64,000 nt of DNA, taken from the IMG/VR virus record IMGVR_UViG_3300017963_000190, positions 1 through 64,000 of that record, one strand, 5' to 3'. This document shows, piece by piece, positions 39,016 through 48,408 of the stretch. A program made the translations under genes and the position numbers. Below the pieces are notes generated by a model. It was not told the DNA's origin. It saw only the letters and a program-made list of their open reading frames with translations, and searched no databases. Position 1 is the stretch's first letter, and every line of letters begins with the position of its first letter.

Positions 39016-39739
39016 CGCAGCCATCCTCCCGCACCATTGCGTCAACCTTGCGTTTCTGCGGACCGTGAGCCGGGAAAGCGATGATCACGTTGCGCTTGCC
39101 CCGAGCACAAGCCTTGCACTGCTCACAGGTGAGGCCGCGCGTTACCGCGGGGCAGACGATAACCTTGCGGCCCGCGGGGGTTGTGGTGGCTTTGGTGACG
39201 TCCGAGGGCACAATGGCGACCACTGGCCCGATATCCAGCTCCGCGAGTTGATCGGCGTGGTGGAGATTGTCACCCGACAAATTCACAGTGAATCCGTTGG
39301 TGTTCATAGCGGCGATCACTTCCGCGTTATGTTTGGCCACAGTAGGCGTCACTCCCGCCGTGGGCAGCGGGGAGTAATGCGTGTAGGTGAACCCACCCCT
39401 GTTAGCCCCGCCGTCCCTATTGGCTTCCACGAGCCCCATGCAGCGGGTTTTATTAAGGCGATTCTTGAACCCGGGGAGATCCCCGGACTCGTTGTGTCGC
39501 CAGATCTTCGTGTTCTCAGGCAAAGCCTTAACGTTGGCCAGGAAGTCACCCCAGGGGGTACCGATGTCCCCTCTGTCCAGCTTGTTCCACGTCCAGGACA
39601 TATGGCCGTAGGCTGAATAGCAGCCGTCCCTAAGGGGACAGGAAGGGGGACAGGTGCCCCGGTGAGACATACTCACGGGGATCGGGCCGGTTTTCTTGTT
39701 ACCGCTTTTTGGGGTGACTGTGTAATGCGGCGTTAGCAT
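39008..39739 (-). CDS. conserved phage protein (possible metal/Fe-S enzyme)
   Basis: SGNKKTGPIPVS, TCPPSC..CY, WRHNESGDL, CPA..TCEQCKAC..FPAHG. Confidence 0.8.
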   Translation of the reverse strand: MLTPHYTVTPKSGNKKTGPIPVSMSHRGTCPPSCPLRDGCYSAYGHMSWTWNKLDRGDIGTPWGDFLANVKALPENTKIWRHNESGDLPGFKNRLNKTRCMGLVEANRDGGANRGGFTYTHYSPLPTAGVTPTVAKHNAEVIAAMNTNGFTVNLSGDNLHHADQLAELDIGPVVAIVPSDVTKATTTPAGRKVIVCPAVTRGLTCEQCKACARGKRNVIIAFPAHGPQKRKVDAMVREDGCDA

Positions 39740-40019
39740 GGCTTTACCTCCGGTTGGCGGGGGGTTGGTTAGTTTTTCTCCCGCCGTGTGAAAAAGATAA
39801 GCACGCTTGACAGCGACACAAGGCCAATTGAGCAAAAAAGTGAAAATAGTTTTTCGGCGCCTATCATTTTCGATTTATTTTCGCTTTGTGGGTTGACCGC
39901 GGCGAAAAGATGGTAACGCGTGAGGGTTAAACCCTACCCCGCGAGGGGCGCTCAGGGCTCCCGAGGGGTCACCCTGAGCGTTAGTCCTCTAATATTCTAT
40001 ATTAGAGTGCGCCGCAGTG

Positions 40020-40274
40020 CTATTTGGTAGGCTTATCTGATTTTGTATAGAGGTCCTTTGGGGTTTGATGTAGGGCCGCTTGTCCAGTATCGCGCAGCGT
40101 TTCAGCAGCCATAAGCACCTGTTCATAGATTGCTAGCGCGTCCGAGGTTTCCGCGTACTTAAACCCCTTTATTACGTCAATTGCATGGATCAGCTGGGCT
40201 CGCCAGTCTTCAATGGCTTCCTGCATAGCCTTGTAGCCGGCTTCCCAGTTGGGGTTATCGTGCTCGGTTGCCAT
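40020..40274 (-). CDS. hypothetical protein
   Basis: AAGGAG RBS. Confidence 0.7.
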   Translation of the reverse strand: MATEHDNPNWEAGYKAMQEAIEDWRAQLIHAIDVIKGFKYAETSDALAIYEQVLMAAETLRDTGQAALHQTPKDLYTKSDKPTK

Positions 40275-40286
40275 CGTGGTCACTCC

Positions 40287-41177
40287 TTAGGCTGCTAACT
40301 CAGTTGCCAGCTCCGCTTCTGTTGTGGCTACCTCCCGCAGGTCCCGCACCCCGAAAAATTCCTTGGCCTTTTTGCGCACGGTAGCGTCTACGTATTGGAC
40401 CGCTTGTCGACTGCAGCCGGTGAGATCTGCTACCTCTTGAAGGGTGAGGGGATCATCGGAAAGTACCCGTAGGTCTAACACGATCCGTTGCTTTGGGGAA
40501 AGGGTCTGGGCGAACTCGTTGAACATCTGGCGCAGCTCTGATTTCCATTCCACGCGGCGGTAGACTTGCTCAGGGGTGGGGATGTTGCCTTGTAGAGTAT
40601 CGCCAAAGGTGACTCTATGCTCTCGCCTGGAGTAGGATGCGGTAGATACCTCATTTTTACCGCGCAATCGAACAAGCATAGCCTTGACGGTGGGGATGTC
40701 TACGTCAAGCGCTTTGGCTAAGCGCTCCGGGGTTGCTTCGATACCCTGGGCTTCTAGGGCAGCTTGCGTCTTAGACAGACCCCACAGACATTTACGCTGG
40801 CCTCCCGTGGTACCCGTGCGCACAATAAACAGGTTATCTCGAAAGGCTTCGAGCACGCGAGCCCTAACCCACTGCATAGCGTATGTGGTAAACCGCGTGC
40901 CCTTGTCTGTGTCGAATCTGTCGATGGATTCCATGAGGCCCACGTTGCCCGCTTGGATCAGGTCTAGCAGGGTTTCCTTGCAGCCGTTGCTATACCGCTT
41001 GGCTACCTTCACGACCAGGCGTAGGTTGTGCTCCGCGAGCCGTTGCCTAGCGCGTTGGTTGCCGTCGGTGGCCCGCTCTAGCAGCGCCCTTTCATCCTCG
41101 GCGGATAGCAAGGGGAATTTGCCCGCGGCTTGCATGTAAAAATTGAGAGTATCGAGATCGGTTGAAGTATTGGCCAT
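40287..41177 (-). CDS. RNA polymerase sigma factor, sigma-70 family (RpoH/sigma32-like)
   Basis: PLLSAEDE, HNLRLVVKVA, DLIQAGNVGL, RFTTYA.QW, RpoH-box-like IVRTGTTGGQRK, TLQEVA region 4. Confidence 0.92.
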   Translation of the reverse strand: MANTSTDLDTLNFYMQAAGKFPLLSAEDERALLERATDGNQRARQRLAEHNLRLVVKVAKRYSNGCKETLLDLIQAGNVGLMESIDRFDTDKGTRFTTYAMQWVRARVLEAFRDNLFIVRTGTTGGQRKCLWGLSKTQAALEAQGIEATPERLAKALDVDIPTVKAMLVRLRGKNEVSTASYSRREHRVTFGDTLQGNIPTPEQVYRRVEWKSELRQMFNEFAQTLSPKQRIVLDLRVLSDDPLTLQEVADLTGCSRQAVQYVDATVRKKAKEFFGVRDLREVATTEAELATELAA

Positions 41178-41565
41178 TTTTACCTCCGGTTGTTAGCGCG
41201 CTTTTCTTGCCCGCTCGATATAGGTTAATCACGCCTTGCTACGGAGTCAATAGAAAAAACACAACCGAGTGTCGATTTTTTCGCAGGCGGGCGCCGGACG
41301 GCAGGGTTAAACCGTCACGCGTTACCATTCCCCTTTACGTTGTCAAGGTAGCAAAGCGAAAAAATCGGATTATACTGGGGTCGGAAGGTTTCACGGGCTG
41401 GAAAAACGATCGGTCTAGTAGGAGATCTGCGCGCGGCGGGGGCCGCCCGCCACTTTTGCTCTAAGAACGTCTGGAAGGGGAGCTGCTGTAAGGGTTTTGA
41501 GCTCAGGCCAGATTTTGTATAGAGAGGGGATTGCGTATTTTGTATAGAGGGGAGGGGCTGAAATT

Positions 41566-42063
41566 CTAGCGTCTTCTCAGCTTTTCCGCTATGCGCGTAG
41601 CCCAGCAGCTATCGAAAGCCTGACACGACGTCCTATGGCCACAGGATCGGGATAGGTTATTAAGCTCGGACCAGGTTTCTTTGCAGCTGCGCAGACAATC
41701 CTCGTGGCTCTTGATCCAGCGCTCGTTTACGTACGATTGGTAGCCAAGGGGGCCGCAGCTTTTGGTCATCTTGCAGGTGTTCTCACACTTCGCAGCCACG
41801 ATGCCCTTTGAAGAGCTCGTCTTAGATGCGCTGCCACAGCTAGTCGCCTTCCATACCACAAATACTAGTGCAATAACCAACACGATTCCCACCACGCCGC
41901 CAATAGTCATCCACATATCGTCGGGCTCCTCTTGTTCAGTAGAGGCTGAAGGGTCGTCGAATGGGAAAACGTGGCAACGGGGGCAGTAAAGTTTGTTGTG
42001 TTCAGGGATGAATTCTACATCACTGTTACAGTGCGGGCATCTTAGTGGCTGCTTGTCTGTCAT
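41566..42063 (-). CDS. membrane protein with Zn ribbon and Cys-rich C-terminal domain
   Basis: CPHC..CPRC, one TM, eight or more C-terminal Cys. Confidence 0.75.
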   Translation of the reverse strand: MTDKQPLRCPHCNSDVEFIPEHNKLYCPRCHVFPFDDPSASTEQEEPDDMWMTIGGVVGIVLVIALVFVVWKATSCGSASKTSSSKGIVAAKCENTCKMTKSCGPLGYQSYVNERWIKSHEDCLRSCKETWSELNNLSRSCGHRTSCQAFDSCWATRIAEKLRRR

Positions 42064-42129
42064 TTTGCGTAAACCTCCAAATAAATAGCACCCAGATTAT
42101 AAACGGCTGTGCTTCGGTGTCAAGCTCGG

Positions 42130-42206
42130 AGAAATAAAAATGGCCCCTAGGCGGGGGATGTGCCTAGGGGCCCCACATGGGTGGAAGCACAAGTGCCTCC
42201 ATTGTC
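42130..42206 (-). ncRNA. putative ~75-nt transcript (sRNA or leaderless 14-aa ORF)
   Basis: promoter at 42213-42242, two hairpins, U-tract. Confidence 0.4.
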
Positions 42207-42252
42207 ATTCAGAGTATAACCAGGAGCTCTGGTCCTTGTCAAGTTGGTAGGG

Positions 42253-42440
42253 AAAATAAAATGAGCCCCCAAGCGGCCAAACTTGAGGGCTCCCGGAGGT
42301 AAGAACGATACTCGAAGTGGGCACTCGAAGGCTAGGTGCGGGGCAAGTGGAGAATCGGGCTCCCTTGCGCGCTACCCAAGGAGGCCTCCCGTTATGCGTA
42401 ACCTTGGGGCCTGAGTCGCTGGCTTCTTTCTCGTTCAGCC
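42253..42440 (-). ncRNA. putative structured sRNA with anti-RBS segment UUCUUACCUCCGG
   Basis: promoter at 42447-42474, three hairpins, terminator GAGCCCTCAAG/CTTGGGGGCTC plus U-tract; no credible ORF. Confidence 0.6.
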
Positions 42441-42479
42441 AAGTAGAGTATAACCAGCAAAGCTCCGTTGTCAAGTCAC

Positions 42480-42728
42480 CTAGACGTTTTCGTAGGTGCA
42501 GAGAAACTTACCGATGCTTACCGTGAAGATCTTCCCCACCTCGTCTGGGTTGGCCTCGTCTTCCACGACTTCGCAGCGCACCGGGATAGGTCTGGGCCGC
42601 GCGATCACACGCACCAGCTGTCCAGTTTTACACTCTCGGTAGACCTTCCCTACCTCGACGCGGTTTAGGATCTCCCTAGCTTCTTCAACGTCGATGGCTT
42701 TCGGGATACGTTTGGGTGCGAGTGGCAT
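42480..42728 (-). CDS. hypothetical protein
   Basis: AAGGAG RBS. Confidence 0.7.
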   Translation of the reverse strand: MPLAPKRIPKAIDVEEAREILNRVEVGKVYRECKTGQLVRVIARPRPIPVRCEVVEDEANPDEVGKIFTVSIGKFLCTYENV

Positions 42729-42731
42729 TAG

Positions 42732-43367
42732 TTACTCCTTTTTGTTCTTGGACGGAAAAGGTGAAAGGTGCGTAGCAGCGTATTTTACGCCTTCCTCTAT
42801 TTTCTCTTGGAACGTAGGCGTTCCCTTCTTGTCTTGCGTTGCTGGAGGTTCGTTCTTTTCGATCTTGGCGATCAACTGCTCGCTGACGTGCAGGGACTTG
42901 AGGACAGCGCGCAGGTTATCGAGAGCTTGCTTGGCCTCGTGCATCTCTGTGATTTTTACGCTGGCCTCCTCCAACTCCTCGGTCAGGTCCGTTTCTTGCT
43001 GAAGCGCTATGGAAAGCTCCATCTCTGCAGAGTTACGGCGTTCATTCTCCAGGCGCAGCGCCTGCCGCAGCTTGTAGGTTTCCCTTTGCGCTTCGTCGCG
43101 CGCCTCTTCCATAGCCCTCGCTCGTAGCTCGTGGCGCTGCATCTCCTTGAGAAGGGTATTGACCTCTTGCTCAAGTTGGGTGACCTTGTTTGTGGGCGCG
43201 TAGTGCTTGTAGGCTTCGTCGAAGCATCTACTTGCAGCGTCGAAGAGGGCAGACCTCTCCATGGAATACTGCCCTTTAATGTTAACGCGGTCGTACAGCT
43301 TGCGCTTCAGGAGGTCTAGGAACAGCTTTTTCAGCTCGGCCTGCTGGTTGCCTTTGGTATCGGACAT
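42732..43367 (-). CDS. coiled-coil protein
   Basis: 211 aa, promoter upstream. Confidence 0.75.
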   Translation of the reverse strand: MSDTKGNQQAELKKLFLDLLKRKLYDRVNIKGQYSMERSALFDAASRCFDEAYKHYAPTNKVTQLEQEVNTLLKEMQRHELRARAMEEARDEAQRETYKLRQALRLENERRNSAEMELSIALQQETDLTEELEEASVKITEMHEAKQALDNLRAVLKSLHVSEQLIAKIEKNEPPATQDKKGTPTFQEKIEEGVKYAATHLSPFPSKNKKE

Positions 43368-43436
43368 GATATACTGTCTCCGTAGTGATCAGAGGCAGTA
43401 TAATCGGTGGGATTTACGCTGTCAAGGTTGCCGTGA

Positions 43437-43604
43437 TCAATCGTCTCGGATAACGCGTCCTCGGCAGGCTTTACGGGAGCGCTCTTTGCGCTGGTCAGTG
43501 TGCCTGCCAGCTCCCGAGCGGAGCCGGGCAGCCGTGGCGTAGGGATTACGGGGCTTCACTTCACCCTTTTCAATCACGAAGCTATTCTTTTTGCGCTTGC
43601 TCAT
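43437..43604 (-). CDS. small basic protein (not in ORF track)
   Basis: 55 aa MSKRKK..PRNPYA..AGRH; ATGA overlap. Confidence 0.7.
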   Translation of the reverse strand: MSKRKKNSFVIEKGEVKPRNPYATAARLRSGAGRHTDQRKERSRKACRGRVIRDD

Positions 43605-43795
43605 GGGTTTTGTCTCCGGTTTTTGTTGGCTGGGTTGTCCTTTGTAGTTGGGTGTTCGTTTTTACGCTCCAACTCGGTGCACACTTTACATTCATGCTCC
43701 CAGTAACCGTTGAAGTCCAGCTTACCCCAACCGTGGGTGAAGCCCTCGTGCACACCCCACGAGGTTTTACAGTCTGGGTTGCCGCAGGGCTTCAT
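43601..43795 (-). CDS. small Cys-rich protein
   Basis: CGNPDC..CKVC. Confidence 0.7.
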   Translation of the reverse strand: MKPCGNPDCKTSWGVHEGFTHGWGKLDFNGYWEHECKVCTELERKNEHPTTKDNPANKNRRQNP

Positions 43796-44130
43796 TCGTC
43801 ACCGTCCCCGAGATCCAGATCCTTCGCGCTCCACATTGCGCTCAAGGTCTCCTGGTCAATCTCCCGTACTAGTTTGGACGACAACCAGAAGTGCTCCCTT
43901 TCCTTGAAAGTAGGGTTTTCGCTCCACACCACGCACACCTTTACCATAGGGTGGCCATAATCCGGTCCACCGTCGCCTACATCGTAGAGCTCCTTAGGGT
44001 TTTCTGCATCCATTACACAGCGATCGATCACTACCCCTGAGACATCCCGGCCGCCGATAAATACCATGTCTCCGGCTTTGAAAGGCTGCCCTTTTTCTTT
44101 ATCTATCTTTGGTTTCTTCGCTTTAGCCAT
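43792..44130 (-). CDS. hypothetical protein
   Basis: coupled ORF. Confidence 0.7.
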   Translation of the reverse strand: MAKAKKPKIDKEKGQPFKAGDMVFIGGRDVSGVVIDRCVMDAENPKELYDVGDGGPDYGHPMVKVCVVWSENPTFKEREHFWLSSKLVREIDQETLSAMWSAKDLDLGDGDE

Positions 44131-44134
44131 GGCG

Positions 44135-44560
44135 TTACCCCCAAGTAATGTGCTCGCCCTTCTCCTGGGCGTAGGTAATCAGCTCCCGAAAGGCCGTCAG
44201 TTGCCGCAGGAGTCGCGCATCAGAGCGTCCGCAGTCAATCACCCGGCCGTTCTGGTACGCGTCCAGAACGTAAGGAGCGCGGGCTGACAGCTGGTTTATG
44301 AATCGCATCAGCTTTTGCTGGATACGTGGGTACTCTGTGATCTTGATCATGCCGCCGTGGTCGAATTCGATGTCCAGCATTTCCAGCAGCGCCCGCGCGT
44401 TGACGTTGGCTAGGTTCACCGAAGGGGTGAGGCACACGTCGTTCATGCCGTCGCAGTAATGCGAGACACCTTCACCCTCGGTGCGGTACCGGCACGGCGT
44501 GCAGAACTCGCAGGGGCGCTTCTCTACGATGAAATTGGCGACGTCAAACGTGATAGACAT
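44135..44560 (-). CDS. hypothetical protein
   Basis: AACGGAGGTAAA RBS. Confidence 0.8.
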   Translation of the reverse strand: MSITFDVANFIVEKRPCEFCTPCRYRTEGEGVSHYCDGMNDVCLTPSVNLANVNARALLEMLDIEFDHGGMIKITEYPRIQQKLMRFINQLSARAPYVLDAYQNGRVIDCGRSDARLLRQLTAFRELITYAQEKGEHITWG

Positions 44561-44609
44561 TGGCTTTACCTCCGTTGTTGGTGACAGTGTAACCAGGAAG
44601 CAGAGCGTG

Positions 44610-45059
44610 TCAAGTTTTACGTCGTACTTTTGCGGTTGCTACTCGAAGAGTGCTGCCGCGTTGCTCTTTTCTGCAGGGGCACCGCTCACTTTGTAGGATC
44701 CGCTCCAGCTTTCCCTGCATCGTCCAGTTGCTGAGCCATGACCTGAGGATTCCTAGGGAAACCTTCTTGTCCTGTTCTTGCACTTTAGGCAAAATCTCTG
44801 CAGCTCTAGCGCCTGGATTTTCAGCGATGAACTGCAGAGCCTTGTTCTTGGTGCGGTTTGAGTAACGTCTCCTCTTCTTTTTCTTCGCCTTTTCGTTCTC
44901 TGGAGAGCTGCTTTGCTTAGGTACAGGCAATCGCGCCTTTCTGCTCTTCTCTCCCTTCAGCATGTCGACATCTCTTCTGAGGGATGTCAGGATTTTTGTG
45001 AGGCGCTTGATCTCGCTCTCTAGGATCTGTACTCCAGGACTGGGGTGATGGGTTGACAT
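44610..45059 (-). CDS. basic protein, possible winged HTH
   Basis: ALQFIAENPG.RAAEI. Confidence 0.7.
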   Translation of the reverse strand: MSTHHPSPGVQILESEIKRLTKILTSLRRDVDMLKGEKSRKARLPVPKQSSSPENEKAKKKKRRRYSNRTKNKALQFIAENPGARAAEILPKVQEQDKKVSLGILRSWLSNWTMQGKLERILQSERCPCRKEQRGSTLRVATAKVRRKT

Positions 45060-45075
45060 GTTTGCTTCCTTTTTA

Positions 45076-45312
45076 CTACGCCTTTTCTGGTAGTCTATCT
45101 TCGTTGTCCTCGATGAATTCGCGGATCGTGTCCGCCATTGCCAGGAGCTTGCGCCACTGGCTCTTGTAGAGCGTTACGGGGTAGCGTTGGATTCCGTAGA
45201 CGGACACGCCGCCCTTGGCGCTTACTCGCAGGGTGGTACCTTGCTTCTGAAACTCTGCTAGCAGGGCTCGGGTTGCTTCCAATTCTCTTCGCAGTTGATC
45301 TTCGTTGGCCAT
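45076..45312 (-). CDS. conserved hypothetical protein
   Basis: VSAKGGVSVYG..RYPVTLY..QW. Confidence 0.8.
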   Translation of the reverse strand: MANEDQLRRELEATRALLAEFQKQGTTLRVSAKGGVSVYGIQRYPVTLYKSQWRKLLAMADTIREFIEDNEDRLPEKA

Positions 45313-45446
45313 GGTGTACCTCCGTTCTTGTTACGTGCACAGCGTAATCAGAGGTATTGACTGCGTCAAGTTTATCGCTTATTAAAATGGGGCGCAGCCG
45401 CTTATCTCTCGTAGGGACACGTGGTCTTTGGCAGCTGCGCCCCCGG

Positions 45447-45842
45447 CTAATTCGATTCGTCCAATGAAATCCCCAACGCGTGGGCTGCTGATTCCGCGTC
45501 GCATACTACGGACGATTGCATAATACCCCATTCTTTGACTTTTGGTAGCCACTCGACGACTTGCGCGTCTGTGAGCCCCACTGTTTCACCCATGCCATCG
45601 TTGGCCGCGATGAACATATTGCCGAAGATAGGCTGCGAGTAGCCGTAGTCTGTCGTTACCTGTCGGTTAGGCTCGCATGCGTAGAAGCCCTCGTCGTTGG
45701 CCCACAGGTCCACGCCGGGTACAAGGTGCAGGCAGGTAATAAGCCCTCCAACGATCTCTTGCATGGCGTCGAGGGTGTTTTCCATTTCTTCAACGCAAGG
45801 CGGCTCACCCATGCGCAGGGTGATAATCTTGATCTTAGCCAT
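45447..45842 (-). CDS. DUF3846-like protein
   Basis: LDAMQEIVGGLI..NDEG..PNR..I.G. Confidence 0.75.
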   Translation of the reverse strand: MAKIKIITLRMGEPPCVEEMENTLDAMQEIVGGLITCLHLVPGVDLWANDEGFYACEPNRQVTTDYGYSQPIFGNMFIAANDGMGETVGLTDAQVVEWLPKVKEWGIMQSSVVCDAESAAHALGISLDESN

Positions 45843-46041
45843 CGGCTTCCTCTTCAACAGAGTTAAGGAACGCTACAGCTTCCACCAATCCCATCCCGGT
45901 AGTTCTTCTGATGTACAGAATCACCGCAGGTTTGTTGCGCGTCGACAGCTGCCGCAGCAAAGGAAGCTCCAGGTCCATGCCGTCGTTGTAGGCCATTTCC
46001 AGAAAACTTCCGACGATGGTTTTCTTCTCGTAATCGCTCAT
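45835..46041 (-). CDS. small protein with ribosomal bL12-CTD-like motif
   Basis: NKPAVILYIRRTTGMGLVEA. Confidence 0.6.
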   Translation of the reverse strand: MSDYEKKTIVGSFLEMAYNDGMDLELPLLRQLSTRNKPAVILYIRRTTGMGLVEAVAFLNSVEEEADG

Positions 46042-46156
46042 GGTAGCTAAACCATCCTTGAAATAGGAAGGAGCAGCCCAGTCACTGGTTTGGATACTGG
46101 GTTTTCTCGGTGAGATAACCGGGCTGCTCCTTCGATAGGAATTAACTAGCGGTTTG

Positions 46157-46414
46157 TCACTTCGCTCGTGGGTAGACCACGTAGCCCATACCAAGAGTTT
46201 CCCACTGGCAGGGTACCTTGGTACAGCCCAGAGCGTCCTGCACGTCGTCGACGGACACAGCCGGGCCTTCCCAGAACCATCGACCCTTATAGTGCATCAA
46301 TTCTCCAGCACAGGAATCCTGCATATCGCGGACGAACCGCTGGTGGTCTGGGTGCGTGTAGTCTTCTGGGCGTACACCACGAGCTTCGTCATCATCAAAA
46401 GCGTTGTCCGTCAT
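46157..46414 (-). CDS. hypothetical protein
   Basis: HYKGRWFWEGPAV..GMGYVVYP. Confidence 0.8.
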   Translation of the reverse strand: MTDNAFDDDEARGVRPEDYTHPDHQRFVRDMQDSCAGELMHYKGRWFWEGPAVSVDDVQDALGCTKVPCQWETLGMGYVVYPRAK

Positions 46415-46440
46415 CTTGTTACCTCCATTTAGCCGAGAGC

Positions 46441-46662
46441 TTATTGGAGCTCGATCGTCCCATTCGCGATCATCGTGGCCGTCTCCACCATTTGAGCGAA
46501 CACCCTGGCCAGCTCTGGTGTCATATCCGCAGTGGCCGAAGCATTTACGTAGCGCTTTCCCATTGATGCTTTGTGTACTGTAACCCGGATATTCGAGTTA
46601 AGGTTTTCCAGGGACAAGACTGCTACCTCGTCGATGAGATTTGATTTCTTGATCGTAAACAT
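46441..46662 (-). CDS. hypothetical protein
   Basis: consensus RBS and promoter. Confidence 0.75.
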   Translation of the reverse strand: MFTIKKSNLIDEVAVLSLENLNSNIRVTVHKASMGKRYVNASATADMTPELARVFAQMVETATMIANGTIELQ

Positions 46663-46722
46663 GGCTCTTACCTCCGTTCGTTGATGGTATCAGTATAAGC
46701 GGCATTGTTACGCTGTCAAGTC

Positions 46723-47199
46723 TTACACGCGTTCCAGGAGCGCCTCGATTTCCCGCTGGTTGATGGGGATAGAGTTGAGCAAGCAAAAGGTGTTTTCGTA
46801 ATAGGCAGACCAGAATGCACCGTGCCGGGTAATGGTGAGCTTGGGCATGTCAACCTTCACGCTGTGTTCCATCGCTTCCAAGAGGCTCTTGTGCAGCTCT
46901 GGCTGCTCTTCCATATTCACCAGGGCAGACTCCTCTTCCATCCATTCGGTGAGGAATTCACCATTGCCATCTACGTTGGTTGGATCGATCCACACTGCAT
47001 TGCTGTCGGTGAACTCGATCGCCTCTACAGAGCGATCGTAACCAACAGCCGTGTGGAATACGAGGAGCTTATCCAGCAACCGGTTCACTAACTGACCGGT
47101 GCATGGTAGCACGCATGCGAGCGGCACGTTTGGGCTTTCTTCGTCAAAGCCTGAGCCTAGCTCCATCGCGTACAACACCAAATATTTATTGTGGGTCAT
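46723..47199 (-). CDS. hypothetical protein (paralogue of 32297-32944)
   Basis: shared motifs. Confidence 0.8.
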   Translation of the reverse strand: MTHNKYLVLYAMELGSGFDEESPNVPLACVLPCTGQLVNRLLDKLLVFHTAVGYDRSVEAIEFTDSNAVWIDPTNVDGNGEFLTEWMEEESALVNMEEQPELHKSLLEAMEHSVKVDMPKLTITRHGAFWSAYYENTFCLLNSIPINQREIEALLERV

Positions 47200-47319
47200 T
47201 ACGTTACCTCCATGTACATGCCCAGTTTAATCAGCTATGCTACGTAGTCAAGTTGGATGGAAATAAAAATGGGGCCACGCAGCAGAACGTGACCCCCAGG
47301 AGGAAAGCGATGCCAGTAA

Positions 47320-47727
47320 CTACTCAGCGTCGCGCGGATAGTCTTGTGGGTTGAGGCCGATGCCTTTGATGGACTGGAGCAGCAGATCGTAGTTGTGCTC
47401 GATGCGGCTCCCGAAGCGCCGGACGAACGATCCCAACGGCTCCATGTGCGTCTCTGCCTCGCTCATAACGGCGGCGACATAGACGGTGGCAGTGCATGAT
47501 GGCATCATATACATGCCGCCATCGTTTTTGCAGCAGTCGATTTCGCATTGGTCTACCCCAGAACCGAATTTGTAGTGCACCGCCTCGTTGTCCACCACCA
47601 GAATACCGTCGGGGCCTTCCAAGATGGCCCAGCTGGCGTCGGTTCCATAGGCGGTGAGGTTGCGATCATCGCAGTTGTCTTCGATGAACTTGGCCACGTT
47701 GTAGACTTTGACCTGTTTCATTGGCAT
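47320..47727 (-). CDS. hypothetical protein
   Basis: start MPMKQ behind AACGGAGGTAA. Confidence 0.75.
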   Translation of the reverse strand: MPMKQVKVYNVAKFIEDNCDDRNLTAYGTDASWAILEGPDGILVVDNEAVHYKFGSGVDQCEIDCCKNDGGMYMMPSCTATVYVAAVMSEAETHMEPLGSFVRRFGSRIEHNYDLLLQSIKGIGLNPQDYPRDAE

Positions 47728-47796
47728 TTTTGTTACCTCCGTTCGTTGTTGCACCTAGTATAATCGGCTTTGTTGCACTGTCAAGCCTTTACTAGG

Positions 47797-48408
47797 CTAG
47801 TAGTACCGGCATACCGGGCGCTTCCATACGCATCCAGCAACGGTATCTCGGAAGAGCTTTTTTAGGTTGGCCTTGACGAACCCCTCCTTGAGGGAATACT
47901 TGTTTCCATCGTAATCCTCTGCGAGGTAATAAAATTGGCCATTAGTGTCCTGCATCTGCTTGAGAACGCGGAGGTTTATACAACCGTTCACGTCAAATAC
48001 AGCTAGATCGCCTGGCCACAGCATGAAGAGAGAAGGCAGCGGCCCCGCATCCTGGCATGCCTTGCCGAAATCCTCCGAGAAGTAATCCTGGAGATTATCC
48101 TGAATGCACTTTTTGAGCTGGGCCTCCGATTCTCTGTAAACAGGCTGCAGCTTCGGGTGCTCAAAGCACACGACCGCCCTTTCACAGTCGTTTTCGTACC
48201 AGAGACGGCCACTGTAATGCTGCCCAATGTACTGAGCTTGCAACGAAAGATTCTGCTCCGCCCACTTGTAGGTTACCGCGAGACCTCCATCGCCGTCCTC
48301 GGTATCGTACTGGACCACCCCCGGGAAAATATGGACCGCGTAGTCGGCCCTTCCCCATGGGGTTTGTGTTCCTTTCTTAGGCTCGAAGCTTTTCACCTTC
48401 ACGTTCAT
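47797..48408 (-). CDS. conserved MGE protein (TPWG..WYExDC motif)
   Basis: motifs; consensus RBS. Confidence 0.8.
   Translation of the reverse strand: MNVKVKSFEPKKGTQTPWGRADYAVHIFPGVVQYDTEDGDGGLAVTYKWAEQNLSLQAQYIGQHYSGRLWYENDCERAVVCFEHPKLQPVYRESEAQLKKCIQDNLQDYFSEDFGKACQDAGPLPSLFMLWPGDLAVFDVNGCINLRVLKQMQDTNGQFYYLAEDYDGNKYSLKEGFVKANLKKLFRDTVAGCVWKRPVCRYY

Noticed and set aside
19947-41464. Recurrent peptides MVTREGLT / VKPSRVT in the ORF track
   Set aside because: These are translations of the non-coding DNA element. The real starts lie downstream of the RBSs, so several ORF-track starts were shortened.
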